Source: the human T2T-CHM13v2.0 reference genome, Homo sapiens. From it: a DNA stretch of 64,000 nucleotides. Positions within the stretch are counted from its first letter, which is position 1. Each line of letters starts with the position of its first letter. This document shows, piece by piece, positions 14,455 to 28,819 of the stretch. The stretch lies in NCBI RefSeq assembly GCF_009914755.1, contig NC_060947.1; one strand, written 5' to 3'. The position numbers and the translations under genes were made by a program. The notes beneath the pieces were generated by a model, which was given only the letters and a program-made list of their open reading frames with translations, ran no database searches and was not told the origin of the DNA.

Positions 14455-14864
14455 TGTAGAAAAAAACAAGTTCTTGTCACATGACCAGGAAGGATTGGGT
14501 GCACAGACATGTTGAAGGGTGATTAGAGAGGAATTTACTGGGTGAAAAGGAAAAAAGGAAAAAAACCTCTCAGCAAAGTGATATGGAGTCTTGCTAACAG
14601 GCCCTCCACCTCACAGATAGATTCCCAGGTCACCACAGGAGCTGAAGAGAGCAGAGTCCTCCTCTGCTTAAGATGTGAATTCCCTGTGGCTCCACCCACT
14701 TCCCCCAGTGCATATGCTGGGCTCCAGTCCACTGTGGGCATGCCCAGAGAAGCCCTGGGCAGATTTCTTCATCTGCACACAAGCATCTGATGTAAAAACT
14801 TGTGGGGCAGATCGGAGATTCTCCAGGGATGCCTTTTTATCTGCCTAGGCATTTGGCTGTCTTA
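14455..14864 (-). mobile_element. 5' LTR of the MER4-group ERV1 (MER61/MER83-like)
   Basis: Minus strand starts TAAGACAGCCAAATGCCTAGGCAGATAAAAAGG and ends ...TACA next to the PBS. Confidence 0.75.
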
Positions 14865-16199
14865 GTGAAAAGAAAAGTGTTGCAGTTCTAAGGTCAGCAA
14901 GCCGACTACCACAGGGTAGGAGGGAGGAGACTTAAGGAACAGGAGCAGGGAATAAACAGCTTGCCATGCTTACAGTTTGCCAAAGAGACTTTACCCACCA
15001 TCATGAGTCATGGCACTTGGGAGTAGTTGGGAAGCATCATTAGTCCTGTTAGCTCAGTTTCTTGGCAGCCCACTTAAATCAGGAAAGTCAAGATATACTA
15101 AAGGAATCCATTTCTGTTCTCATTACACACCCAGTTAGAAAACAGTCCACCCTCTACAAAAGGCAAAAGTAGGGCAGTGTCAGCCAAGATGGAAGATGGT
15201 TGACCTCAGAGCTTAGTTTGTTGCATTCTGTTGAAATGTCGAGTTTCAAGTTGCAATGAAAAGACCATAGTCTTCTTTGGTTGTGTTACCATCCTGTCTC
15301 TAGGCAAAACAGTTCTGGCTGTTCCTGCAAGTCTGAAAATGTGTAAGAGCAATCTTGTTTATGTTTGTTACCAAGATTTTCAGTCTCAAGGCTTTATATG
15401 CTCCCTAGTAGTACTTGCTAGGAAGTTAAGGACCTTGCCCTGATGCTGTGCAGGGTTATGGAACACTAGGGTGCATGTAGCCTTCCTTCCTTCCTGCTGT
15501 TTTTTCTAGTATATCCCATCTGACTACATCTTTCTCACTACATTTCAGTGGCTCCTGATAGACTTGAGGATTGAACCTCAAAACAGCTTGAAGTTAATTG
15601 ATTGCTTATCCCATTAAGACTTTTATTTATTCTTTCACCAAATATTTATTGAGAGTCAACTACATGCAAGATTTCAAGGTCTTGCATGATCTGGCCCCTC
15701 CTTACATGTCTAGATTCATCTTCTTCCACCTGCCCTTCATACTGTATGCTCCAGGCCAAAAGAATGATACCCAATTCCATCAGCAGGATGTTTAATGTCT
15801 TAGTGACTTTGCACATGCTATTTTTTTCTGCTTGGGAAGCACTTTCATTACTTTTTTGTTTGGCTTGCTACTTGAGACTCATCAGGACTCAACTCTGTAA
15901 TCACCATCACCCCCTCTGAGAAGCATTGCTAGAATTGTTGCCTTCCTCCCCATCTCTGTGGTGTTGCAGTCCCTCCCCAGTGGAAGTAGAGCCCCCTGTG
16001 CCTTCTTTCACCACAGCCTTCCCCTATTACATTGCACTGTAACTTGTTCCATCAACTGTCAACCCTTACTTCCAAGTCTATGAACCCCTAGAAGGCAGAG
16101 ATTGGGATTTCATCATTTATGAATCCCCAAGGCCCAGGCCCGAGTATTGGCCACCATCTCTAAATGCTAAGTGAGTGAATGGATGAGGCCAGACTTCCC

Positions 16200-16750
16200 T
16201 CAAAGGGCTTGCCAGGCAGGTCACAGGAGCTGTCATCATGGAGAGGGGAAGGGACAGGACCCTGTTTCCAGTGAGCTATGGTGGAAGTTCCTACTTGGCA
16301 TTTTCTGACACTGGCTTGAAGGGGAGATTGGGGTGCCCTTGCTGGCTGGAATGAAGGTGGGGTCACAATAATTTTTCTGTGGTATTTAGCTGGATTAGAG
16401 AAGTTATTGTCCAAATGTTTTCTGCCCTAGGCACCCCTTTCCTGGTCCTTTGGCTGGAGAGAGCAAGTTTTTCTTGGAGCTTTTTCTGTCTGCACCCATT
16501 GGTGTTTCCAGATTGCCAGTTTCTTCAGCTCCAAGTTTGGGATCTGTGAGGCAGAAAGAAAACCCACAGAAGCCACCACTGAGTAGTTCCATGGATCCTG
16601 AAGTCCCTAAAGAGTCAACTTTCTTCTTTCTACCTTTCAGTGTCTACTTCTGTTTGTTTTATACCTATTGTCCAGGGGTTTTAGTTGTACTTAGTGGAAG
16701 GAATAGGGAGAAATATGTCAACTCCATCTTCCCAAAAATGGAAGTCCCAT
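16200..16750 (-). mobile_element. Ancient L1M 5'UTR-like fragment
   Basis: Minus strand ggacttcc...gggaagatggagttgac resembles old L1M 5' ends. Confidence 0.5.
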
Positions 16751-17908
16751 AATTGTTTTTTTCCCCAGCTTCAGTGAGGCATAATTGATAAGTAAAAATT
16801 GTATATATTTAAGGTGTACAACTGGATGTTTTGACGTATGTATATATGGTGAAATGTTAAATGATTTACATATCCATCACTTCACATAGTTACCATTTCC
16901 TTTTACTTTTTATTTATTTATTTATTTTGGTTAGAACACTTAAGATCTACCCACAACTGATTTTTGTACATTGACTTTGTAACTTTTGACTCTCCTATAT
17001 TTACTCCTTAAATCTAGCAGATTTTTGTGTAGATTCCATAGATTTTCTATGTACATATATAATAGTTTTGCTTCTTACATTCTAATATCTTTGTCTTATA
17101 TTTCTTTATTATTATTTTACTGAATAGGCCCTCTAGTATAATGTTGAATAAAAGTGGAAGGAGAGGACATATTTGAATAGTTCCCACTCACAGAAAAACT
17201 AGTTAGTCTTACAATTGAGTCTTTTTTCTGATCTTAGGAGGAAAGCATTCAATTTTTCATCATTAAGTAGGATGTTAACTGTAGGTCTTTTTTAGATGCG
17301 CTTTGTCAGGCTGAGGAAATTTTCTTCTATTCCTGGATTGCTGAATATATATTTATATTTATATAAGGAATGGATGTTGAATGTTGTCCATTTTTATATC
17401 TCTGTCAATGATCCTCTGGGTTTTCTCCTTTATTCTGGTGACTTAAATTAATTGATTTTCAAAAGTTAAACCAACCTTGTGTTTATGGGATGAATTCTAT
17501 ATGGTCATAATGTAGTACCCTTAGTTTTTAATTCTAAAATTCCTTTTATTGTGGTAAAATATACATAACAAAAAATTTATCACTTTAACCAGTTTTAAGT
17601 GTTAAGTTTGGGGTGATAACTACATTCACACTGCTGTGCAGCCATCACTGTCAACCACCTCCAGAACTTTTTCATCTTCCTAAAGTGAAACTCTGTACCC
17701 ATTAAACAAGAACTCCTCATATATCCTCCCCCAGCCCTTGTCTCCATGTGTTTGACTACTCTAGATACCTCCTATATGTGGATTCATACTATTTTTATGC
17801 TTTTGTGACTGGTTTACTTCACTTAGCATAATGTCCTCAGGATTCATTCATGTTGTAGCATGTGTCAAAATGTTTTTCCTTTGAAGGCTGAATAATAATC
17901 CATTGTCT

Positions 17909-18216
<308 letters not shown>

Positions 18217-19139
18217 GATCCATTTTCTTTATATATCACATTTTGTTTGGCCATTAATCTGTTGTTGCTTCCACTTTTGGGTTACTATAAATAATGCTGC
18301 TATGAAAATGGGTGTACAAATATCTGTTCAGTCCCTGCTTTCAATTTTTTGTGTATGTACTCAGAAGTGGAATTACTAAATTATGTGATAATTCTATGTT
18401 TAGCTCTCTGGGGCACCAGCATACTATTTTTTTTTTTTTTACAGCAGCTGCACCATTTTACATTCCCACCAGTAATGCATAAGGGTTCCAATTTCTCAGC
18501 ATCCACACCAATGCTTGTTATTTTCTGTTTTTAAAATAATAATTATTCTAATGGATGTGAAATGTTATCTTACTGTGGTTTTGATTTGCATTTCCCTAAT
18601 GATTAGTGATGGTGAGCATCTTTTCATATGTTTATCGGCCATTTGTATAGCTTCTCTAGAGAAATGTTTATTCCAGTCCTTTTCCTTTTGAGTTTTATTT
18701 TTGTTGAGTTGTAGAAGTTCTCTATATAATCTAGATTTTAATCCCTTATCAGGTATATGATTTACAAATATTTTCTACCATTCCATGAGCTGCCTTTCAC
18801 TCTGACAGTGTCCTTTAATGCATAAATTTTAAAAATTTTGATGAAAGCCAATTTATTCATTTTTTCTTTTGTTGTGTATGCTTTTAGTGCCATATTTAAG
18901 AAATCATTGCTAAATCTAATATCATGAGGCTTTTCTCTTATGTTTTCTTCTAAGAGTTCTGTAGTTTTAGCACTTGCATTTATGTCTTTGATTAACTTTG
19001 AGTTAATTTTTGAATATGGTATAAGGTAAGGTTCCAACTTCTTTTTAAATTTTTTTGCATGTGGATACTGAGTTTTCCCAGCATCATTTGTTGAAAAGAC
19101 TGCCCTTTCCTCATTGAATGGTCTTGGTACATTTGTTGA

Positions 19140-19484
<345 letters not shown>

Positions 19485-19855
19485 TAGTTTATTCTTTATA
19501 TGTCTGTCTTTATGCCATAGCTACATTCTTTTGATTCGTGTAGCTTTGTTGTAAGTTTTGGAATCAGGAAGTGTGAGACCTTCAACTTTGTTCTTTTTAA
19601 AGATTATTTTGGTTATTCAATGTCTCTTGAGATTCCATATACATATATTTTAGGACAGATTTTTCTATTTCTGCAAATTGCCATCAGGATTTTGATAAGG
19701 ATTGGGATGAATCTGTAGATTGCGCTGGGTAGTACTGACATATTAACAACATTAAATCTTCCAATCCATGAACATGGGGATGCCTTTCCGTTTTTTGTGT
19801 CTTCTTGCATTTATTTTAGCATTTTGTACTTTTTAGTGCACAAATCTTTAACCTC

Positions 19856-20379
<524 letters not shown>

Positions 20380-20537
20380 TTATTCTTATTCCTGGTAAGA
20401 TTACTTATCCTGCAGTCCATTTTATCTAATATTAATATAGCTACTCCATCTTTTTTATAATTAATATTTGCATGATACCTGTTTTTCATCCTACTTTTAA
20501 CCTCTCTTCATCTTTGTATTTAAAGGCATTTCCTATA

Positions 20538-20823
<286 letters not shown>

Positions 20824-21348
20824 CAGAGGTGTTTCCTATATATGAGATTATTGTTCAGATTGCTTTATTTTCCCAGTCTGGTAATTTTTGTCTTTTGATT
20901 GAGGTTTTCATACTATTATTTTCTTTTAATCTAATTATTGATATGCCTGGGTTTAAGTCTACCATCTTACCATTTGTTGGAAATTTAGGAACAACTTTAG
21001 AGCCTGTTCATGCTCTGTTTCAAAGCAACCATTTTGTGGGAGCAAAATACACGTGGGCATGATAAAGTGGGAGCATCCAGGGCTTCTCATCTGGGTACAA
21101 CTAATCTCTAGCCCTGGGATTTGATAATTCTCCCCAAAGAACTCCCTGGGCTTCACTGTCCTCAATTAGAAAGTGAAGGGCTTGGACTAGACCATCCATA
21201 ATGGCCAGCTTGGCTATGCTAGGATCACTAAGGCAAGACTCCAAGCAAATTTCCGACTTTTGCCCTTCTGTCATCTTTGTGAGAGACTCTTCTGAGGTTC
21301 ACCAACACTCTGTAGGTTAGAGGACATAGGTACTTTCAGTGGTCTTGA

Positions 21349-21647
21349 TTTTTTTTTTTTTTTTGACGGAGTCTTGTTCTGTCACTCAGGCTGGAGTGTA
21401 GTGGCATGATCTCAGCTCACTGCAACCTCTGCCTCCTGGGTTCAAGCCATTCTCCTGCCTCAGCCTCCCTGAGCAGCTGGGATTACAGGCACACACCACC
21501 ACATCTGGCTAATTTTTGTATTTTTGTAAAGACGGGGTTTCACCATATTGACCAGGCTGGTCTCGCACTCTCCTGACCTCAAGTAATCCAGTCACCTTGG
21601 CCTCCCAAAGTGCTGGGATTACAGGCATGAGCCACCTCGCCTGGCCT
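21349..21647 (-). mobile_element. AluS-type SINE
   Basis: Reverse-complement Alu dimer. Confidence 0.9.
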
Positions 21648-23187
21648 AAACTTGTTCTTGTTAAATTGAGAGCAGAGGAAGAAGAAATCATAGAGGTTTA
21701 GGCTCTCTAAGAACATGTTTTAACATTTTTTTTTTCTTTTTAGTTAATGCTGTTTCTGAAAGGCATTATTTTTTTTCCTGGATTCCAATGCCAAAACATG
21801 TTTCTTCCATAGTTTGTCACATCAAAACATTTAGTAAGAACTCTAGGAGTAAAGACAAGATAGCCAAATAGAAACAGCTCTGGTCTGCAGCTCCCAGCAA
21901 GACCAACGCAGAAGGCAGATGATTTCTGCACTTCCAACTGAGGTACCCAGTTCATCTGATTGGGACTGGTTAGGCAGTGGGTACAACTCAAGGAGAGCAA
22001 GCAGAAGCAGAGTGGGGCGTTGCTTCACACGAGAAGTGCAAGGAGCTGGGGGACCTCCCCACCCCGCCAGCCAAGGGAAGCCGTGAGGGACTGTGCTACC
22101 TGGCCTGGGTACTATGTTTTTCCCGTGGTTTTTGCAATCTGCAGATCAGGAGATACCCTCGTGTGTCTAACTACCAGGACCGTGGATTTCTAGCACAAAA
22201 CTAGGTGGCTGTTTGGGCCGACACCGAGCTAGCTGCAAGAGTTTTTTCATATCCCAGTGGCACCTGGAACACCAGTGAGACAAAACAGTTCACTCCCCTG
22301 GAAAGGGGGCTTAAGCCAGGGAGCCAAGTGGTCTTGCTCAGTGGGTCCCACTCCCACGGAGCCCAGCAAGCTAAGAACCACTGGCTTGAAATTCTCACTG
22401 TCAGCACAGCAGTCTGGAGGCAACTTAGGAGGATGGAGCTTGGTGGGGGGAGGGGCATCTGCCATTACTGAGGCTTTAGTAGGCGGTTTTCCCCAGACAG
22501 TGGTAAGAAGACTGGGAGGTTTGGACTGGGAGGAATTCGCCACTGTGTAGCAAACCGGCTATGGCCAGACTGCTTCTCTAGATTCCGCCTCACTGGGAAG
22601 GGCATCTCTGAAGGAAAGGCAGTAGCCCCAGTCAGGGGCTTCCAGATAAAACTCTCATCTCCCTGGGACAGAGCACCTAGGGTGAGGGGCAGCTGTGGGC
22701 GCAGCTTCAGAGGACTTAATCTTTCTTGCCTGCAAGCTCTGGAGAGAGCATCTGATCCTGACAAGGGGGATTCTCCCAGCACAGCGCACCAACTCTGCTA
22801 GGGGACAGACTGCCTCCTTGAGTGGGTCCCTGATTCCCGTGCCTCCTGACTGGGAGAAACCTCCCAACAGGGATCGACAGACACCTCATACAGGAGAGCT
22901 CCGCCTGGCATCAGGCCAGCGCCCCTCTAGGACGAAGCTTCCAGAGGAAGGAGCAGGCAGCAATCTTTGCTGTTCTGCAGCCTCCACTGGTGACACCTAA
23001 GTGCACAGGGTGTGGAGTGGACCTCCAGCAAACCGCAACAGACCTGCAGAAGAGGGGCCTGACTGTTAGAAGAAAAACTAACAAACAGAAAGCAACAACA
23101 TCAACATCAACAAAAAAGACCCCCACACAAAAACCCCTTCCAAAGGCCATCAGCCTCAAAGACCAAAGGTAGATAAATCCATGAAGA

Positions 23188-24248
23188 TGAGGAAAAACCA
23201 GCACAAAAAGGCTGAAAATTCCAAAAACCAGAATACCTCTTCTCCAAATGATCACAACTCCTCTCCAGCAAGGGCACAAAACTAGATGGAAAATGAGATT
23301 GATGAATTGACAGAAGCAGGCTTGAGAAGGTGGGTAATAACAAACTCCTCTGAACTGAAGGAGCATGTTCTAATCCAATGCAAGGAAGCTAAGAACCTTG
23401 ATAAAAGGTTACAGGAACTGCTAAGCAGAATAACCAGTTTAGAAAAGAATATAAATGAGCTGATGGAGCTGAAAAACACAGCACGAGAACTTCACAAGTA
23501 TCAATAGCTGAATTGATCACGTGGAAGCATACACAAGTATCAGTAGCTGAATTGATCACGTGGAAGAAAGGATATCAGAGATTGAAGATCACCTTACTGA
23601 AATAAGGCATGAAGACAAGATTAGAGAAAAAAGAATGAAAAGGAATGAACAAAGACTCCGAGAAATATGTGAAATTTCTTGGGATTATGTGAAAAGACCA
23701 AACCTATGATTGATTGGTGTACCTGAAAGTGATGGGGGGAATGGAATCAAGTAGGAAAACACTCTTCAGGATATTATCCAGGAGAACTTCCCCAACCTAG
23801 CAAGACAGGCCAGCACTCAAATTCAGGAAATACAGAGAACACCACTAAGATACTCCTCTAGAAGAGCAACCCCAAGACACATAATTGTCAGATTCTCCAA
23901 GGTTGAAATGAAGGAAAAAATGTTAAGGGCTGCGAGAGAGAAAGGTCAGGTCACCTACAAAGGGAAGCCCATCAGACTAATAGCGGATCTCTATGCAGAA
24001 ACCCTACAAGCCAGAAGAGAGTAGGGGCCAATATTCAACATTCTTAAAGAAAAGAATTTTCAACCCAGAATTTCACATCCAGCCAAACTAAGCTTCATAA
24101 GCTAAGGAGAAATAAAATCCTTTACAGACAAGCAAATGCCAAGGGATTTTGTCACCACCAGGCCTGTCTTATAAGAGCTCTTGAAGGAGGCACTAAATAT
24201 GGAAAGAAAAAGTGGTACCAGCCACTGCAAAAACACACCAAAATATAA
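23188..24248 (+). pseudogene. L1 ORF1 remnant (stops, internal duplication)
   Basis: MENEIDELTEAGLRRWVITN... coiled-coil segment; multiple stops. Confidence 0.85.
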
Positions 24249-24308
24249 AGAACAATGATACTATGAAGAACCTGCATCAACTAATGCGCAAAATAACCAG
24301 CTAGCATC

Positions 24309-25891
24309 ATGATGACAGGATCCAATTCACACCTAACAATATTAACCTTAAATGTAAATGGGCTAAGTGCCCCAATTAAAAGACACTGACTGGCAAATAG
24401 GATACAGAGTCAAGACCCATCCGCGTGTGGTGTTCAGGAGACCCATATCATATGCAAACACTCACATAGGCTCAAAATAAAGGGATGGAGGAATATTTAC
24501 CAAGCAAATGGAAAGCAAAAAAAGCAGGGATTGCAATCCTAGTCTCTGATGAAACAGACTTTAAACCAACAAAGATCAAAAGAGACAAAGAAGGGCATTA
24601 CATAATTGTAAAGGAATCAATGCAACAAGAAGAGCTAACTATCCTAAATATATATGCACCCAATACAGGAGCACCCAGATTCATAAAAAAAAGTTCTTAG
24701 AGACCTACAAAGAGACTTAGACTCACACACAATAATATTGGGAGCCTTTAACACCCCACTGTCAATATTAGACAGATCAATGAGACAGAAAATTAACAAG
24801 GATATTCAGGACTTGAACTCAGCTCTGGACCAAGTGGACCTAATAGACATCTACAGAACTCTCCACCCCAGATCAACAGAATATACATTCTTATCAGCAC
24901 CGCATAGCACTTACTTTAAAATCGACCACATAATTGGAAGTAAAACACCTTTCAGCAAATGCAAAAGACCTGAAATCATAACAGTCTCTCAGAGAGCAGT
25001 GCAATGAAATTAGAACTCAGGATTAAGAAACTCACTCAAAACCGCACAACTACATGGAAATTGAACAACCTGCTCCTGAATGACTCCTGGGTAAATAACG
25101 AAATTAACGCAGAAATAAAGAAGTTCCTTGAAACCGACAAGAACAAAGAGACAATGTATCAGATTCTCTGGGACACAGCTAAAGCAGTGGTAAGAGGGAA
25201 ACTTAAAGCACTAAATGCCTGCATCAGAAAGCTGGAAAGATCTGAAATCGACACCCTAACATCACAATTAAAAGAACTAGAGAAGTAAGAGCAAACAAAT
25301 TCAAAAGCTAGCAGAAGACAAGAAATAACTAAGATCACAGCAGAACTGAAGGAGATAAAGACACAAAAAACCCTTCAAAAAATCAATGAATCCAGAAGCT
25401 GGTTTTTTGAAAAGATTAACAGAATAGATAGACCACTAGCCAGACTAATAAAGAAGAAAAGAGAGAAGAATCAAATAGACATAATAAAAAATGATAAAGG
25501 GGATATCACCACTGATACCACAAAAATACAAACTACCATCAGAGAATACTATAAACATCTATATGCAAATAAACTAGAAAATTTAGGAGAAATGGATAAA
25601 TTCCTGGACAAATACACCCTCCCAAGATTAAACCAGGAAGAAGTCGAATCCCTGAATAGACCAATAACAAGTTCTATAATTGAGGCAGTAATTAATACCC
25701 TACCAACCAAAAACAGCCCAGGACCAGATGGATTCACAGCCGAATTCTACCAGAGGTACAAAGAGGAGCTGGTAGCATTCATTTTGAAACTATTCCAAGC
25801 AATAGAAAAAGAGGGACTCCTCCCTAACTCGTTTTATGAGGCCAGCATCATCCTGATACCAAAACCTGTCAGAGACACAACAAAAAAAGAG
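24309..25891 (+). pseudogene. L1 ORF2 remnant (endonuclease to start of RT), disrupted
   Basis: [41 protein letters not shown] motifs; ends abruptly at ~25891. Confidence 0.9.
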
Positions 25892-26432
25892 CCACTACAT
25901 GTTCTCACTCATAAGTGGGAGTTGAACAATGAGAACACATGGACACAAGGTGAAAGACATCACACACCGGGGCCTGTTGGGGGGTGGGGGGCAAGGAGAG
26001 GGAGAGCATTAGGACAAATACTTAATGCATGTGGGGCTTAAAACCTAGATGACGGGTTGATAGGTGCAGCAAACCACCATGGCACATGTATACCAACGTA
26101 ACAAACCTGCACGTTCTGCACATGTATCCCAGAACTTAAAGTAAAAGAAAAAAAGGGAAATTAATTGGCAATTCACCAAGAAAAAATAAATGAAATAAAT
26201 GATCTATTACTCTATAAAAAGATGTTCAAGCCTAATGATAATATTTAAGAAATAAAAATCAAAACAATAAAAACTCTAGCAAAGTTATATATATTTACCT
26301 GTTGTGGAGTGAGGAGAGAAAAGCTGTCATTATAATTGGGAGGGGTATTAGAGGAGGTGAGGCTGGCACTGGGCCTTTCTCAACAAGCAAAAATGGTGGT
26401 GGTGGCAGTAGGGGAGCTGACAGTATTCCCAT

Positions 26433-27834
26433 TGTGTCCGGAATTGGTGGGTTCTTGGTCTCACTGACTTCAAGAATGAAGCCGTGGACCCTCGCGGTGA
26501 GTGTTACAGCTCTTAAGGTGGCGCGTCTGGAGTCTGTCCCTTCTGATGTTCAGATGTGTTCGGAGTTTCTTCCTTCTGGTGGGTTCGTGGTCTCGCTGGC
26601 TCAGGAGTGAAGCTGCAGACCTTCGCGGTGAGTGTTACAGCTCATAAAAGCAGCGTGGACCCAAAGAGTGAGCAGTAGTAAGATTTATTGCCAAGAGCGA
26701 AAGAACAAAGCTTCCACAGTGTGGAAGGGGACCCGAGCAGGTTGCCAATGCTGGCTCAGGCAGCCTGCTTTTATTCTCTTATCTGGCCCCACCCACATCC
26801 TGCTGATTGGTAGAGCCGAGTGGCCTATTTTGTCAGGGCGCTGATTGGTGCGTTTACAAACCTTGAGCTAGATACAGAGTGCCGATTGGTGTATTTACAA
26901 TCCTTGAGCTAGACATAAAGGTTCTCCACGTCCTCACCAGAGCAGCTAGATACAGAGTGTTGACTGGTGCACTCACAAACCTTGAGCTAAACACAGGGTG
27001 CTGATTGTTGTATTTACAATCCGTGAGCTAGATATAAAGACTCTCCACGTCCTCACCAGAGCAGCTAGATACAGAGTGTCGATTGGTGCACTCACAAACC
27101 TTGAGCTAAACACAGGGTGCTGATTGGTGTATTTACAATCCCTGAGCTAGATATAAAGACTCTCCACGTCCCCACCAAACTCAGGAGCCCAGCTGGCTTC
27201 ACCTAGTGGATCCTGCACCGGGGCTGCAGGTGGAGCTGCCTGCCAGTCCTGCACCGTGTGCTTGCATTCCTCAGCCCTTGGGGGGTGGATGGGACTGGGC
27301 GCCGTGGAGCAGGGGGTGGTGCTCGTTGGGGAGGCTCGGGCCACACAGGAGCCCATGGAATGGGTTGGGAGGCTCAGGCATGGCAGGCTGCAGGTCCCGA
27401 GCCCTGCCCCACTGGAAGGCAGCTAAGGCCCGGCGAGACATCGAGCACAGCGCCGGTGGGCCGGCACTGCTGGGGGACCCAGTACACCCTCCACAGCCAC
27501 TGGCCCGGGTGCTAAGTCCCTCATTGCCCGGGGCCAGCAGGGCTGGCCGGCTGCTCTGAGTGCGGGGCCCACCAAGCCCATGCCCACCCGGAACTCCAGC
27601 TGGCCCGCAAGCGCCGCACGCAGCCCCGGTTCCCGCTCGCGCCTCTCCCTCCACACCTCCCTGCAAGCTGAGGGAGTGGGCTCCAGCCTTGGCCAGCCCA
27701 GAAGGGGGCTCCCACAGTGCACGGGGGGGGGGGCTGAAGGGCTCCTCAAATGCCACCAAAGTGGGAGCCCAGGCAGGGGAAGTGCCGAGAGCAAGCGAGG
27801 GCTCTGAGGACTGCCAGCACGCTGTCACCTCTCA
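26433..27834 (-). mobile_element. Solo LTR12C (ERV9 LTR)
   Basis: Minus strand TGAGAGGTGACAGCGTG...CCAATTCCGGACACA; CCAAT enhancer repeats; 4-bp TSD CCAT at 26429-26432 and 27835-27838. Confidence 0.95.
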
Positions 27835-28686
27835 CCATTATGGAAGTGATGTGACATGAACTTCGTTTTAGAGGTCACAATGGCTGCTCGGTGGAGAACA
27901 ATTTGGAGGGGTCAAGATTGGAAGCAGCAAGAACTCCAGTCAGGAGTGCAGACTAGAGTTGATGGCGATGTGAACTAAAACAGTGCCAGTGATGGGGGAG
28001 AGGACAGTTTATATGGCATTTCTTGTGCCTAAAGAACATTTTTAGCACCAGAAAGCATGACTGTTTTTGAGATTTCTGTCAGAGAGCAATAATCATGCTA
28101 TATAGGAGAGGCTTGACATCTAGAAATGGATCTTATATCCAGTTTGTACTCTTGGAATTATGAAGACTGTAGTAGGTAATGAAATAGAAGTCACCCACTG
28201 TATGTTTGATGAATAGAGCTGAAAACTGTATAGACATAAAATGAGGATCCTTCTAGAATTCATTGGTTGATTTTTTAAAAATTCCAAATGAATTAAAATA
28301 GCACTACTTAAATTCCTTTCATGTATTTATCATTAAGTTTTTCAACAAGTAAAATACAGCAGATGTCTTTAAGGGACACCACTATGTATTAACATCATAC
28401 TCCCCCCCCAGAAAAATGGAGGACTTTTGAGGAAAACTCAAATCACACATTGATCAGTGTATTTCAGATGTAATGGAAATATTACCAAGGCTTCACAAAA
28501 TTGCATTCAAATAAACTGGATATGAACAAAAGTGTGAGTATTCTTATAAGCCAAGAGGGACTTCATGTTGATTTTGTGCAAGTTTGCTCTGTTTGCCTCG
28601 AGAGATGTGAAAATGAGATACTTACCTCCTTTGAGGATGAACCAAACAAATGGCAGTTTGATGACCACATAGAAATAAAACGTTAC

Positions 28687-28819
28687 CTCACTTGGCTTTA
28701 TGTCTTCCAAGGAATTCCTCCAGAGATTTCTATGAAATTTCAGGACTTGCTGTACAGGCTACTCACAACTGTCTTTTCTTTGCAGACAAGTGCCTAGTCT
28801 TTGATATTGACCAGTCCCC
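28687..28819 (-). pseudogene. Candidate decayed exon GTGQYQRLGTCLQRKDSCE*PVQQVLKFHRNLWRNSLEDIKPSE
   Basis: Acceptor ctctttctcacag|, donor gag|gtaacg, one in-frame TAG. Confidence 0.25.

Larger units (their letters stand above)
21846..26154 (+). mobile_element. L1PA8-like LINE-1 with 5'UTR, ORF1, partial ORF2 and 3'UTR (large internal ORF2 deletion)
   Basis: L1P3-type 5'UTR, ORF1 and ORF2 remnants in the ORF track, 3'UTR with gcatgtggggcttaaaacctagatgacggg. Confidence 0.9.

Noticed and set aside
26155-26280. L1 3' transduction closed by TSD taa(g/a)aactctag
   Set aside because: The segment and the DNA beyond it resemble continuous old L1M, so the A-rich match may be chance.
26860-27170. Regular ~40-bp repeats resembling a CRISPR-like array (also 30960-31180 and 38350-38650)
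   Set aside because: These are the known LTR12 U3 CCAAT enhancer repeats; no unique spacers, eukaryotic context.
27723-27733. G11 run in the solo LTR12C
   Set aside because: Short homopolymer at a different U3 position from the large expansion; ordinary slippage.
27147-27859. Many overlapping 60-185-aa ORFs (also 31152-31806)
   Set aside because: Stop-poor GC-rich LTR12 U3 sequence.
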